This document shows positions 1 to 12,800 of a stretch of DNA of 64,000 bases, piece by piece. This stretch comes from the human T2T-CHM13v2.0 reference genome, Homo sapiens. Each line of letters starts with the position of its first letter. The stretch's first letter is position 1. Under the pieces are notes generated by a model. The model had not been told where the DNA came from. It ran no database searches and saw only the letters and a program-made list of their open reading frames with translations. Location of the stretch: NCBI RefSeq assembly GCF_009914755.1, contig NC_060935.1; one strand, written 5' to 3'. The translations under genes and the position numbers were made by a program.

Positions 1-20
1 AGAATACTTAGGCTTATGAT

Positions 21-54
21 AAAACAAAACAAAACAAAACAAAACAAAAACAAC
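21..54 (+). repeat. (AAAAC)n simple repeat
   Basis: About 6 aaaac units read directly. Confidence 0.9.
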
Positions 55-109
55 CATCCTGTACAATGCATTTTTTGGGAGGGGGCAGTTAACAATTACA
101 CAAACCTGG

Positions 110-295
110 AATTAACATTCAAATATTGGAAGATTGCTTACAAAGATACAAATTTCCAGATTTATTTGAAAAATTAGACGATTTGACCACACTGAATCAG
201 AATCCCCAAATAGCGGTCATCATCTAGAGGTGAGTTTGGGCTTTTTAAGTGATCTCTGTGCTCCTGAAGTCGTGGCAGATCCCTCCCCACACAAT
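110..295 (-). mobile_element. MER102-like hAT-Charlie fragment
   Basis: Degenerate reverse complement of the MER102 core; compare 10108-10487. Confidence 0.5.
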
Positions 296-424
296 GGACA
301 CACATGCACATTCTCTGGCAAACTTTATACCCACATGGCTGATTCCTGTCAATAAAATGGAAACCTTTCTCTCAAAAACAAAATTCAGATGACTTCTCAA
401 TCTCATGTTTGAAGACTTGACCAC

Positions 425-892
425 TATGGTAGACTGAGTAATGCCTCCAAACATGCTCACATCCCTATCCCCAGAACCTGTGAATGTGTTACCTTATACA
501 CTAAAAGGGACTTTGCAGATGTGATTAAGTTAAAGATCCTAAGATAGGGAGATTATCCTGTTTATCAGGTGAGTACAATGTAATCACAAGCGTCCTTATA
601 AGAAAAAAAACAGGAGGAAGAGATACCAGAGAGGAGATGTGACATGGAAGCAGAGATTGAACTGATTGAGATCAGAACCTAAGAAACTTTGGCAGCCTCT
701 AGAAGCTGAAAGGGGCAAGGAACAAGTTCTCCCCTGGAGCTTCCAAAAGGAAGTGGTTCTGTCCACACTTTAATCTTAGCACTTTAGGACTTATATCAGA
801 CTTTTGACCTCCAGTACTGTAGGATAATTAGTGTTGCATTAAATCACTTATTTTTTGGTAAACTGTTACAGCAGTGATAAAACAACTTCACC
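425..892 (+). mobile_element. MLT1D solo LTR (ERVL-MaLR)
   Basis: ccagaacctgtgaatgtgttacctta...aaaagggactttgcagatgtgattaagtt...tgttacagcag matches the recalled MLT1D consensus. Confidence 0.88.
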
Positions 893-1229
893 CAAACTTG
901 ATTTTTAAAATTCACCTTCTAGGATATCTTTCTATACATTTGATGTATCACTGAGAAGAGATCACTCACCCTTCTCCCAATGCCATATAATCATACAATT
1001 TCTGAATTCATGAGTTTGCTTGAACATCTGTTTGGGTTGCCCATTTCCTCATCTCTCGAATCCAAATTCTTCACAGCTCTCAAATGCCACTTCCTCTTGA
1101 AACTTGTTCCTTTCCATCTGTTTGGCTTGACTCGATATAAGTTGATTATTTCATCTTTATACTCTTCTCCCATATTACTGGATGCTTGCAATGTGCCAGT
1201 CTTTATGTTTCTTATTTACTTTCATCTTC

Positions 1230-1638
1230 TTACATAATCCTCCCAAAGAGAGGCCCTTGCATGTGTATCTTCATGTGTGGACCCCTCAGCCTTCATACCC
1301 AAGTACCCTCTATTTTCTCTGCAAATCCCTGCCCCTTGACCACCTTCCATTTATAAGGGGTCCACACACATGACTGGCAGTCTTAACTCAGGAATATACA
1401 CCAGAAGAGGTCTATGCAGGTTCTGGAAGAAGGATTGCACTATGTGGCTTAGAAAGTTTGGGGTTCTCTATATACAGAGTATAAACCAGAAGTGGGGCTC
1501 TGAGTACTCATGTCTCCTTGGTCCCACAGAATCCTCACCCTTTGAGGAAAGTCACAGCCAGAGGAGGGCCAGAATGGGACCCTCCAAAGTGCAGAGACTT
1601 GGGCAGAATCCTCTCTTCTCTGGGAGTGGAAAGTACTG
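1230..1638 (+). mobile_element. MER115-like hAT-Tip100 element, 3' part
   Basis: cagccagaggagggccagaatgggaccctccaaagtgc...gtactg resembles the MER115 terminus. Confidence 0.6.
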
Positions 1639-1698
1639 GTTTAAAAGTCTTATGTTGATGACTGGAAAGTACTGGTTTAAAAGTCTAAGGTTGATGAC
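1627..1698 (+). repeat. 36-bp tandem duplication (2 copies)
   Basis: tggaaagtactggtttaaaagtct(tat/aag)gttgatgac twice, 2 mismatches. Confidence 0.95.
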
Positions 1699-1879
1699 TT
1701 ATGTTCTCAACAGCATATACCATCCATGAGGGTAAAGACGGTAGTGTACTTTTCCTTTTGTCTCTGCATGACCCTACTAGGTTTTGGAACGTGTGTTGAA
1801 TTGGTTCCCACTGAACCAAAATTCACAGTGTGGGTAGAAGGGTCCTGAAATTTCTGCCTTCCTATTCTACGTTAGTCAC

Positions 1880-2030
1880 TAATCTAAGTGTTTTACACAC
1901 GTTCCCTTATTCAATTCTCAAAAACTTTTGAGAAAGATATTGAAGATTCAAAAAGTACATTCCAGGTAAAGTAAGTAACTTAGTCAAGATCACATGGCCA
2001 TTAAGCGGTAAATTTGAACTCACATCTGCC
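1880..2030 (-). mobile_element. MIR fragment
   Basis: taagtaacttagtcaagatcacatggcc...tttgaactc is the MIR core in antisense. Confidence 0.6.
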
Positions 2031-3514
2031 CATTTCCACCTGTCTATTTTATGCTCCTTCATGAATGCACTAATTCTTCTAGTAGTGTTTTATTTGGTGC
2101 TTACTATGTGATACGTATTTCAACTGATTGCTGTTGATATGCTATTGAGTAAGTCAGATATTGTCCACGACCTTATGGAGCTTATATTCCACTGAGATAG
2201 TCTCAGAAATAATCACATTTCTATGTGATGTTTCCTAATAGAATAAGTAGATAGTACACAGTCTTTCACAATACAGCCTCAAATTGCTAAAAGTAAACCT
2301 TCAGTTGGTGTGACAAGATGTGGGAAGCAGTATGGTCAATAGCAGGCAGGTCTCAGAACCCCTCAAACCATGATATATTGGCCCATTTATTCCCATTTAC
2401 AGAGCTTTCCAAGCTATAAAAATATACAATTAGCACACTTTTGTGAATAACAATAACCCTGCATTATAGAGATTATTTTTTATATTTCTCAGACTGGAAT
2501 GGTCTCTATTAGAAAACTTGCAAGCATTTGGTAATGTGATGGAATTAAATTTATTAATTTAACATGGCATTTGATTTACTCTATTATTAGTATGAATATG
2601 AAAATTACATTTGGCATGATATATCAGCATGATAGTGTTTGGGGATAGTGTTAACTCCTCTGAACCCAATCTCAGCTAGGCAAATTGACACCAACTTTTG
2701 CACTTAAAAATATTACACACAAAAGTGCAAAAATATTAGAAAATTTGTTCAAGGTCACCCAGCAAATCAGAGGACAAGGTGGATGGGGAGGTAGAAATGA
2801 GAGGTTTTATGAGAGTAGTCCTGGTTGCTGAATGTGTGGTGTGTGTGTGTGTATGTCTCACACATCTTTCTCCACTCTTTCATCTAACATTTTACAAAGA
2901 AAGAAGAAAATGCTTTCAGGATCTGCATATGGTGTGAGGAGTGAATTCAGTGTTGCTTTTAATTGAAAGCTCTGAGGGTAAACCTTGCAGAGCAGAGTAA
3001 CAGCTGTAACACATGCAACTGCCCCGCTATGCTTGTGTCACCATAATATGCAAGCTTATTATTTTTTAATTAGGAGCTTCAGTGTTTTGTTAAATGGTAA
3101 ATGTGTCAGAACCTGGGGATTTTGTTATTCGCTAAACTATGTTGCATTTACTCTTCATGGAAGCTTTTGGGAGATACAAGGTCAGTTTGCAAAAGGCATG
3201 TTATTATTGTGGAATACAATAGTTAACATTTTTACTAAGCATTTGCCATTTTCCAGGCATTGGGATGAACGCTATTTGGATTCATTTATTAAGCCAACCA
3301 ACCAACCAAATCATACATATTCTTTGAACTCTTACTATGGTCCAGGGACTGTGTTAGTGGCATTTTAGTGGATGGATAAGTGATGAATAAAGTCCATCAA
3401 GACTTAATTCTTTAGGATGTATAAAAACATAAAATATATGCTCATATAGCTGAAATGGAAAACATGCTCTGATTAGCACCATAATGGAAGAACAATTAAG
3501 TGTCTTCTTCCACT

Positions 3515-4327
3515 TAGTCTCCCTCCTCCCTAGATTTCCCCCATCTGGGTGAAAGTCACCTCTGTTCATCTATCTTTTAGCCCAAGGCACAAATGCTGTG
3601 GTCACTCTTGATTTCTTCCTCTCCTCTTTCCATGTATCAAGTCCATTGCCATGTGCTGCCAATTCAATCTCCAACAGATGCCTCAGTCATCTACTTTCCC
3701 ATTATTCCTTCCACCTCAACCTAAGCTCTTTGCCTGCACTTTGCAATAACCTCTCAACTGTTATCCTCAATACCATTCTTGCTCCCTCTAATCCATTCTC
3801 CTTACTCAAGCTAGTGTGATCTTTGTCAAAACACAGATCAGATTGTCTCCCCTTTGCTTAAGAATCTTCAGTAGCTCCCCATTGGCTTATTAAATGTACT
3901 CTATAAGGCCCTGGCTTACCTGTTACCCTAAATCATCATTCTCCAATCCCACTAAACTTCTTTTGGTTTCTCCCATGCACTGCAGGGTCTTCAAAGTGCT
4001 GTTCCCTCTGCCTTAAATGCTCTTCCCACCACTTGTTACCTGGCTGGCTGCTACATGTCCTTCAGATCTCAGCTGGAAAAAATATTTTTCCAGGGAGAGC
4101 TCCCTGATTTTCAAGTCAAAAGTAGATCTCAATTACTTCTCTTTCTAGCATGTTGCTCCTCCTTCATAGCATGTACCACACACTCTACGTTGCCATATAA
4201 TTTATCGTATGTTATATGCTTAATGTCCATGTCATACACCAGAATGGCAACTGCACACAACCTCAGTGCCTAGAAGAGAACCTGGGTCATATTTGGCATT
4301 CCGCAAATATTTGCTACAGGAATGAAA
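3515..4327 (+). mobile_element. L2 3' fragment
   Basis: Pyrimidine-rich L2 body (atccattctc...aaaacacagatcagat...gctccccattg) ending caaatatttg...aatgaa. Confidence 0.75.
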
Positions 4328-5420
4328 GAGTTAATACATTAATCCAGGGAATAGAACCTCTGCACATGGAGAGAAAGGAAAGACTCCTTTTGCTAAAGAG
4401 ACAAGGTGGGGCACTTGGGAGGAAGCAGAATTTGGCGTTTGATCCTAAAAGATCCAGTCAGATTAGAAATGCGATGGGTGAGGAGATGACTGGGGAAGGT
4501 ATTCCAAACAGAACAAATAGATGTATGTGTGTTTGAGTCTACGTCCTATTACCAGCTGTGTGGTCTGGTTGAATTATATTACCTCTCTCCTTTTCTGTAA
4601 ACAATTAATACAGAATATGTCTCCCTCTCTGAACCCTTGTAGGAGTCCAGTGAGATGTGGACTATGAAAATCTTCTTAAGATCACCGACCAAAAAGGGAC
4701 TTGAGAAGTATTTTTAATATTTGCATTTCAATATTTAATTGCGCATGTTTTACTGACAACTTTGTCCAAACTTCTGATCTTTTTCAGCTAGATCCCCTCC
4801 AAATCCAATGAATCCGTTTGTTTCACTGCTTTTCCTGCCCTCCCCTGGGAACCTATTTATTAGCAAATGCCATGGAAATACTTGGCCTGCTTCACATGAG
4901 TTATATATATCCTTCTCCGGTGTAGTGTTGCTGGCCATGCTCTTTGCACCTAGTTCCAGCTAGATTTTCTTTAATAATTATGTTTTGCAAAACCAAAATA
5001 ACCATGTACACATGTAGATGACTTGGGTCTTGACTTAGCAATAGAGAGCTGGTAACCTTGAAGTGCTGAGGAACAAGGAAGTAAAGGACCTTAGAAAAGA
5101 AACTCAAGCTTTCCATTGCTCCCTGGTCACCTGTGTTGGCAGGAGAGGTGCCTGGTGCTTTTGAGGGCTTAGGGATGTGAGCTAATATTTACTTGTATGT
5201 AGGATATGATGAGCTTTTCAACAGTTGTATGGCTATGCATTTAATATCTCTGTTTGTCACCAGTCTATTCCAACCGCTATGGAAAACTGTCATATTTTGA
5301 GCATCTCTTATGGGCTAGTCACTTGGCTGTGTGCTTTAGCTGTTTTATTTTATTTAATCCTCAAAGAAACTCTGTGAAGCAAGTATTACTACACACAGTC
5401 GATGAATAAAGTCTTTTAGG

Positions 5421-5611
5421 GTGGTGGTTTCACACTGTGGTATTTCCCAGAAACCTTTGGAGGGCTTGTTAAACTATAGATTGCTGAGCTCTGCCTCCAG
5501 AAGACTCTCATTCAGAAGGTCTGGGGTGGAGCCTCTGAATTTGCATTTCTCACAAGATCACAGGTGATGCTGATGCTGCTGAGTCAGGCATCACACTTTT
5601 GAGAACCACTG
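5421..5611 (-). mobile_element. MER5A (hAT-Charlie MITE)
   Basis: ggagggcttgttaaa...aatttgcatttct...caggtgatgctgatgctgctg...gagaaccactg. Confidence 0.88.
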
Positions 5612-5941
5612 TCTTAGAGAATCGGGGACTAGTATCCACAGGTAGTGTTCAGGAGAACTGGAAATCAAACCTGGATCCAGCAGAATCCAAAAATCATGCT
5701 CTTTTCTGCAGTATTACACTTGCTCATTTAAGTGAAGGCTGGAACATGAATTCCATTAGAGGAGTGAAGGTATGGGGGGAGAAGGAAAGAAAAAAGAAAT
5801 GGAAGAAGGCATGAGACAAGCAGGTGGGAGAAAAGCCCCATCATGTTCAGTCATGAGGGCTTGAGAATTACCTTGGTGTACCTGACTTGGCCCACCTTGT
5901 GACTCAGAAGTTACTGAGTTCATAATGGAAAGGTATATATA

Positions 5942-6225
5942 TTTGAGGTGGAGTCTCCACCATCACCCAGGCTGGAGTGCAGTGGCATCAACTTGGCTCA
6001 CTGCAACCTCTTCCTCCCAGGTTCAAGTGATTCTCCTTGCTTCAGCCTCCCAAGAAGCTGGAATTAAAGGCGACCGCCACCATGCCTGGCTAATGTTTTT
6101 GTATTTTTAGTAGAGACGGGGGTTTCACTATGTTGGCCAGGCTGGTCTCGAACTCCTGGCCTCGTGATCCGCCCACCTCAGCCTCCCTAAGTGCTGGGAT
6201 TAAAGACTTGAGCCACCGCGCCAGG
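5942..6225 (-). mobile_element. Alu (AluSg-like), tail eroded
   Basis: Full antisense Alu dimer; ctcgtgatcc together with aactcctg is the Sg-type pattern. Confidence 0.93.
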
Positions 6226-6613
6226 TTTTTATATTTTTGAGGTAATATACCATCAAAATGATCTAGTAGAAGATGGAAAGAAGATAGTTAACATGAAGAC
6301 AGTTTCTGAGTGAGACTCGATATTTTTCCTGAACCTAAATATAAGCAGCTTCCCCAAGTGTCATGGCCTTGCAGGTCACTTTGCTCCTCTGTCAAATTTT
6401 TTTCCATTAAATGTTTGTAATAATAATGCCCACCTAATAAAAAAGGTGGCAAGGATGACCTTTAAGCTATAGTGAACCATAAAGCACTTGGCTGATGTTA
6501 ATTTGATCCTCTGTTAAATTTCAACAAGCTAAGAGTGATATCATCAAAAGCATTCATGGCTTGGATTCCTGTGAAGCTTTCAATGCCCCTACAGTAGGGT
6601 TAAGAGGCAAGTG

Positions 6614-8219
6614 TCACCTGCACCTGTATGTGTATTGCACCACTATTCACATTGGTAGAGATATGGAATCAACCTAAGTGTCCATCAAGGGATGACTGGA
6701 TAAAGAAAGTACGGCCTATAGCTCTCCCTCTCCCTCTCCCTCTCCCTCTCCGTCGTCTCCGTCTCCTGCTTTCCACAGTCTCCTCGTCTCCGTCTCCCGC
6801 TTTCCAAGGTCTCCCTCTGTTGCCAAGGCTGGACTGTACTGCCGCGATCTCGGCTCACTGCAAGCTCCCTGTCTGATTCTCCTGCCTCAGCCTGCCGAAT
6901 GCCTGGGATTGCGGGCGTGCACCGCCACGCCTGACTGGTTTTTGTATTTTTTGGTGGAGATGGGGTTTCGCCGTGTTGGCCGGGCTGGTCTCCAGCTCCT
7001 GACCTCGAGTCATCTGCCTGCCTCGGCCTCCCGAGGTGCCGGGATTGCAGACGGAGTCTGGCTCACTCAGTGCTCAATGTTGCCCAGGCTGGAGTGCAGT
7101 GGCGTGATCTCGGCTCACTACAACCTCCAGCTCCCAGCCGCCTGCCTTGGCCTCCCAAAGTGCTGAGATTGCAGCCTCTGCCCGGCCGCCACCCCGTCTA
7201 GGAAGTGAGGAGCGTCTCTGCCTGGCTGCCCATCATCTGGGATGTGGGGAGCACCTCTGCCCGGCCGCCCCGTCTGGGATGTGAGGAGCGTCTCTACCCG
7301 GCCGCCACCCCGTCTGGGAGGTGTACCCAACAGCTCATTGAGAACGGGCCATGATGACGATGGCGGTTTTGTCGAATAGAAAAGGGGGAAATGTGGGGAA
7401 AAGATAGAGAAATCAGATAGTTGCTGTGTCTGTGTAGAAAGAAGTTGACATAGGAGACTCCATTTTGTTCTGTACTAAGAAAAATTCTTCTGCCTTGGGA
7501 TGCTGTTAATCTATAACCTTACCCCCAATCCCGTGCTCTCTGAAACATGTGCTGTGTCAACTCAGGGTTAAATGGATTAGGGCGGTGCAAGATGTGCTTT
7601 GTTAAACAGATGCTTGAAGGCAGCATGCTCCTTAAGAGTCATCACCACTCCCTAAACTCAAATACCCAGGGACACAAACAGGGCCGAAGGCCGCAGGGAC
7701 CTCTGCCTAGGAAAACCAGAGACCTTTGTTCTTGTGTTTATCTGCTGACCTTCTCTCCACTATTGTCCTATGACTCTGACAAATCCCCCTCTCCGAGAAA
7801 CACCCAAGAATGATCAATAAATACTAAAAAAATTAAAAAAAAAAGTATGGCCTATATACACAATGGAATACTATTTAGCCATAAAAAATAATAAAATAAT
7901 ATCTTTTGCAGCAACGTGGATAGAACTGGAGGCCATTATCCTAAGTGAAATAACTCAGAAACAGAAAGTCAAATACTGTGTGTTCTCACTTGTAAGTGTG
8001 ATCTAAATAATGTGAAGACACAGACATATAGTGTAGAGTGATAATGAAGTCTCAGAAGGGTGAGAGTGAGTAGGGGTTGGATGATGAGGAATTACTTAAT
8101 GGGTACAATGTACTTTATTTGGGCAATGAATACCCTAGAAGCTCTGATTTCACCACTACACGATCTATGCATGTAACAAAATTACACTTGTCCCTCACAA
8201 ATTTATACAAATTTTAAAA
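6614..8219 (+). mobile_element. L1PB4-like 3' end, split by the SVA (6614-6720 and 7842-8219)
   Basis: atggaatcaacctaagtgtccatcaa before the SVA; caatggaatactatt...aactcagaaacagaaagtcaaatac...ttacttaatgggtacaatgtac...atgtaacaaa after it. Confidence 0.88.
6721..7841 (+). mobile_element. Complete SVA of old subfamily (A/B-like) with a very short VNTR
   Basis: (CCCTCT)n head, antisense Alu-like domain, about 4 VNTR units (about 7174-7320), SINE-R, AATAAA and A tail. 15-bp TSD aaagta(c/t)ggcctata at 6706-6720 and 7842-7856. Confidence 0.97.
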
Positions 8220-8232
8220 CACAAGAGCTTCC

Positions 8233-8287
8233 ATATAGATACAGATGTAGATATAGATATATAGTTATAGATATAGATATAGATAAA
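8233..8287 (+). repeat. (ATATAG)n simple repeat
   Basis: Degenerate atatag units after the L1 tail. Confidence 0.8.
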
Positions 8288-8381
8288 TGAGGCAAGTTGA
8301 GGAGAAAGGTAGTGGGGCAAAAAGATGAGTACAAACCCTGAAGGGAATGTCCTAGGTCTCCTTAGAGAAGGGGAAAGGTGA

Positions 8382-8720
<339 letters not shown>

Positions 8721-8814
8721 TACCTTATTATAGTACCTTATTAGCAGCACCCACCACCATGGATTGGTGACATTTATCTTATATAAATGCCTCAAGGCAC
8801 AAATGGGAGCCAAA

Positions 8815-9000
8815 CAGTAGAGTGGTTAAGACTGGGGGCTTCTATGTCAGCCTAACGTTCACATTCTTTTCTTAGCACTTTAACAGCTGTGTGACTTTGG
8901 GCAGGTCACTCCTGTAAATCCCTATTTCTTCTTTGTCAGATTGGAACAGCAAGACTACAACATAAGATTTCTGTTAAAATTAAATATCTTAATGCACTAA
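8815..9000 (+). mobile_element. MIR
   Basis: agtggttaaga...agctgtgtgactttgggcaggtcact. Confidence 0.7.
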
Positions 9001-9022
9001 CATACATTTAATAAAAAATTTC

Positions 9023-9325
<303 letters not shown>

Positions 9326-10107
9326 GAGAGAGAGATAATTTCAAGGAATAAATGAATGAAGAGAAGAACACATACACACTTAATAAGATTCACAATTTTG
9401 CTGGGAGATGACTCAGCCCAACAGCTCCCTGAAATATGTCTCCTTCTTTCATCTGACTTAAACGTGGATTATTCCTTGTCTCCTTTTTGCCTCTGCATGA
9501 AGCTCCCCTCTTACTCCAGTGGTAAGAACACCTGAGAACATGGGTGAATTACCCCAGTAACTTCTCTCATGGTCACAGATGAAAACCAGACGGGAATGGC
9601 AGACAAGGTGACATTAAAGTATTGATGGAGAAAGCACCTGCGTTTGTATTTAAGGAAGCCAAATTGTGCAAGAAGTCATGGTGACCTCTGCTGTACATTG
9701 GGGAAGAAAAAAATAAGCAATTTACTTGCACATGGTCATGGAAAAACAGCCTTGGGGGAAAAATTACTTATGTAGTGAATTTATGTTGGGTTGTAAGACA
9801 GATTATACTATCAGCAGATGAGGTTGGAGGAGCAGGGAGGACGGATGGTGAGTGAAGTGGCTTGCATGGGGGAGGTTGCCTGAACTACATGTGAACCTTG
9901 AAATAGCTGGTGACATTTTTAAAAATGCTGGGTTAAAAACATATTATTTAAAAAAAAAGCTAAACCTGACATTTATTTTGCATGTATTTTATATTTACGT
10001 ATAGCAATATTTGAAGTATAACAATAAAAATAGCATAAGTAGACATCTTGTTAAGAAGCAGGAATACCTGGAGAATTTTTAGCATTGCTGTGTATTGTTG
10101 GTCTCTT

Positions 10108-10487
10108 CTGTGGATCTCAAATTCAAATGCCTGGTGAGGCCAGACAGGGAGTGTTAGTGACTCCCATAGGACAAAGTCAGGGAGACAAGAAGGAATGGTG
10201 GGGACTGAAGTGAAATGGAATAAACACACCCTGTTAGAAGGGGGCAGCTGCTTCTCAGCTCCAAGCAGTGGAGGGCTTAGTGTTGAAAGATCTTCTTTTT
10301 GCTTCTTCAAAAGACACTAGAAATCTAGAATCTTGTGTGACACACCTGATAGTTTAATAATGGTTGAATATATTTTAAAGAACGCTATGAGTCAAACAAA
10401 ATATTGGTTGAACACATTTTAAAGAACACTATGAGTCAAACAAAATGTACCTTTGAGTCAGGTCTGGCTGTCAGAAAGTGATTTCTG
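10108..10487 (+). mobile_element. MER102 (hAT-Charlie) with an internal 44-bp duplication
   Basis: caaattcaaatgcc...ggtggggactg...aagggggcagctgcttctcagctcca...caaacaaaa. Confidence 0.78.
10388..10460. promoter_or_regulatory. Three AP-1 consensus sites (TGAGTCA); candidate enhancer
   Basis: TGAGTCA at 10388, 10432 and 10454. The motifs are certain; function is not shown. Confidence 0.4.
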
Positions 10488-10659
10488 GTTTATGCAGACA
10501 TAAGCAGGTACCACGTGTGGAAAGGATTCCCAAACCTGTAGGTTTTACCCAGGACTTTGTGTATTTAAGCCCCATCAGTCTTTCCACACACTGTGCAGCC
10601 AACACTTTCTGCATTAGAGGAAGTAAAGGCCAGTCTAGCTCTGCTTAGGAGAAGGCTTA

Positions 10660-10881
10660 TGTGCACATGGCTTTGAAGTCAGACAGATCTATTTGGAGCT
10701 AAGGCCTGGCTCCATTACTTATTAGAACTATATGGGATTGGGCAGCCCTCAGATTCCTCATCTGAACCCAGGTAATAATAGTAACTAGATCAGAGGGTCA
10801 TTGCAAAGATTAGATGAAATTATGCCTGTAATGTGTTCAGCAAAATTCTAGACATATAGTAAGCATTCAATAAATATTATT
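10660..10881 (+). mobile_element. MIR (MIRb-like)
   Basis: ctcagattcctcatctg...acatatagtaagcattcaataaatatt. Confidence 0.78.
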
Positions 10882-11129
10882 CCTACTAAAAAGAATCCTG
10901 GCCCCTCTATATTCCCTCATTAGACCTTTGCCTCATTCTTCTACATTTCTGCATTTACCTGACTCTTCATTACTCAGATTTGTGCCTATGTCCTGGTCCT
11001 ACACATATCCTTTGCCTCAAAGGCAGGTTGACTTTTCAGGTTCCCACCCTCGGCACCCTGTTAGGCAGTAATTACACCCTCCTTTCTGATTACACTTAAT
11101 GAATAATCTTAGGTAGTGGTTAAGTGTAG

Positions 11130-11390
11130 AATAATAGAATTTTCCACCCTTGGTGGTGCTGGTAGGAGCTTGAATATATATCTAGCTCAAACGTCTTCTG
11201 TCTAGAATCCCTTCTCTAAGGTCCCTTATAGAGTCTTCCTTGCCTTGTTTAAATTCTTCCATAGATGGGCCACTCACTACCTAGCAAATAACTTGTTGGA
11301 CAGCTTGGACTATTATGACATTCTTTGTGAGGCTCAACTAACATAGACTCTCCTGCAGATTGTAACGTTTGCCCTAATTATCTTTCTCCT
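11130..11390 (-). mobile_element. L3/CR1 fragment
   Basis: gaatcccttct...cactcactacct...ttggacagct is the antisense CR1 3' region. Confidence 0.6.
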
Positions 11391-11974
11391 CAGGAGGAAA
11401 ATAGAATGTGAATAAATGGAAGAGTACAGTGGGCTATAGGCATAGGTGTCTGAAGTTTACCATTTTAATTAGATCATAATGAAAATCAACTTATGTCTGA
11501 GTTATTGAGGTGTTCTATTCCTGACTATGCAGGGTAACACAAATTATGTGTATGTGAGAAATGTATATGTGAATTTGAAACTATTATGCATAAGAAAAAC
11601 TTACTTTGTACAATATATAGAATTAAATCTACCAAGAGTTTTTAACTAAAATCGATTGATTATGTCTTTATGCAGAAAATCACTATAAATTATTGATGTA
11701 AGGTGGTTTGTTGTTTAGAAGTACAAACCACATGTCTCTATCTCCTACTGCTTACCATCAAGTGTAATGGTAGTGGTTGAGTTCCTTTTCCAATGATATA
11801 GAAGCCAGTGCTTGCTATATCTGTGGAGGATCATTTGGTTGTTGCTCATATTAAGCACCAATATGCTCTCATGCTAAGCTCGTAGGCCACTTACAAATAG
11901 AAAATTTTGAATAGCTCATTATGGCTTTGCATGTTTTGGCGTAACTTTAGAGGATAGCATTTAAACTTATAAAT

Positions 11975-12800
11975 TAAGCTTAGTCAATATTTATTGAGCG
12001 CCTTCTATATACCAAGCACTATTTTATCCCTGAGAGTAAAATGTAAATAAAATATAGTCCTTTTTCCCTAGAGTTTTTTGGTGTAAAGATACCTAAACTG
12101 ATAATTTTGAGATAATATGGGAAGTGCTATGACCGACAGGCATGCATCCAGCCCACGAGAATAGAGATAAAAATCAAGTAAAAAGTAGGACGAGATGATG
12201 CCTCATATGAATCGTGCAGGTTGAGTAGGAGTTAATAATGACAGGCAAGGTTTGTGAAGCACTAAATGTGTGTCAAACAGTAATCTAAGTGCATTTACAC
12301 GTCTTGGCTCAGGAAATCTTTATGTAAACATTATGATGTTAGTGTTATTATCGCTTCATTTTTATGAATGACTAAATTGCAGCAAAGAAAGGTTAAGAGG
12401 GTAAGCTAGGGTCAAGTGAATAGTAAGTGGTAGAACCAGAGTCTGAACTCCAGAAATCTGACACCAGGACTGATAGTCACCATGGTGCACTGCTTTATTG
12501 TAGTGAAATGAAGACATATGTGAAGGTCATGCCTAGCAGAAGAAACAGCATGAAAAGTGGGAGGTATGAGCAGGTATTATGAGAACATAAAGTATGAAGC
12601 AGAAAGAGGCAGGAGGTAAGCAAGGGAAGCAATGAGTAAAAGGTTTTGAGAAAAGGGTCTTCTGGTTGCAGTTTAGGAGACTGCAGCAATGAGCCTATTA
12701 GGAGGCATTTTAATGGTTCAGGGAAGGGACGGTGAAGAGAAGGTGAAAGGAGAAGAAGCTCTCAAAATGACTGGGTTGACTTGCCTGTCAGTTTGGTGGA
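11975..12800 (-). mobile_element. L2, interrupted by a MIR (12250-12490, minus)
   Basis: aatatttattgagcgcc at the L2 end; embedded MIR core aaggttaag...agtaagtggtagaaccag. Confidence 0.65.

Noticed and set aside
6628-7813. Four ORFs at 6.6-7.8 kb
   Set aside because: All are L1/SVA read-through; SVA is non-coding.
9515-9720. Strong minus-strand acceptor (ttttttcttccccaatgtacag) with possible donors at 9552 or 9514
   Set aside because: All three frames hit stops before those donors, the peptides are unrecognisable, and such motifs are common by chance.
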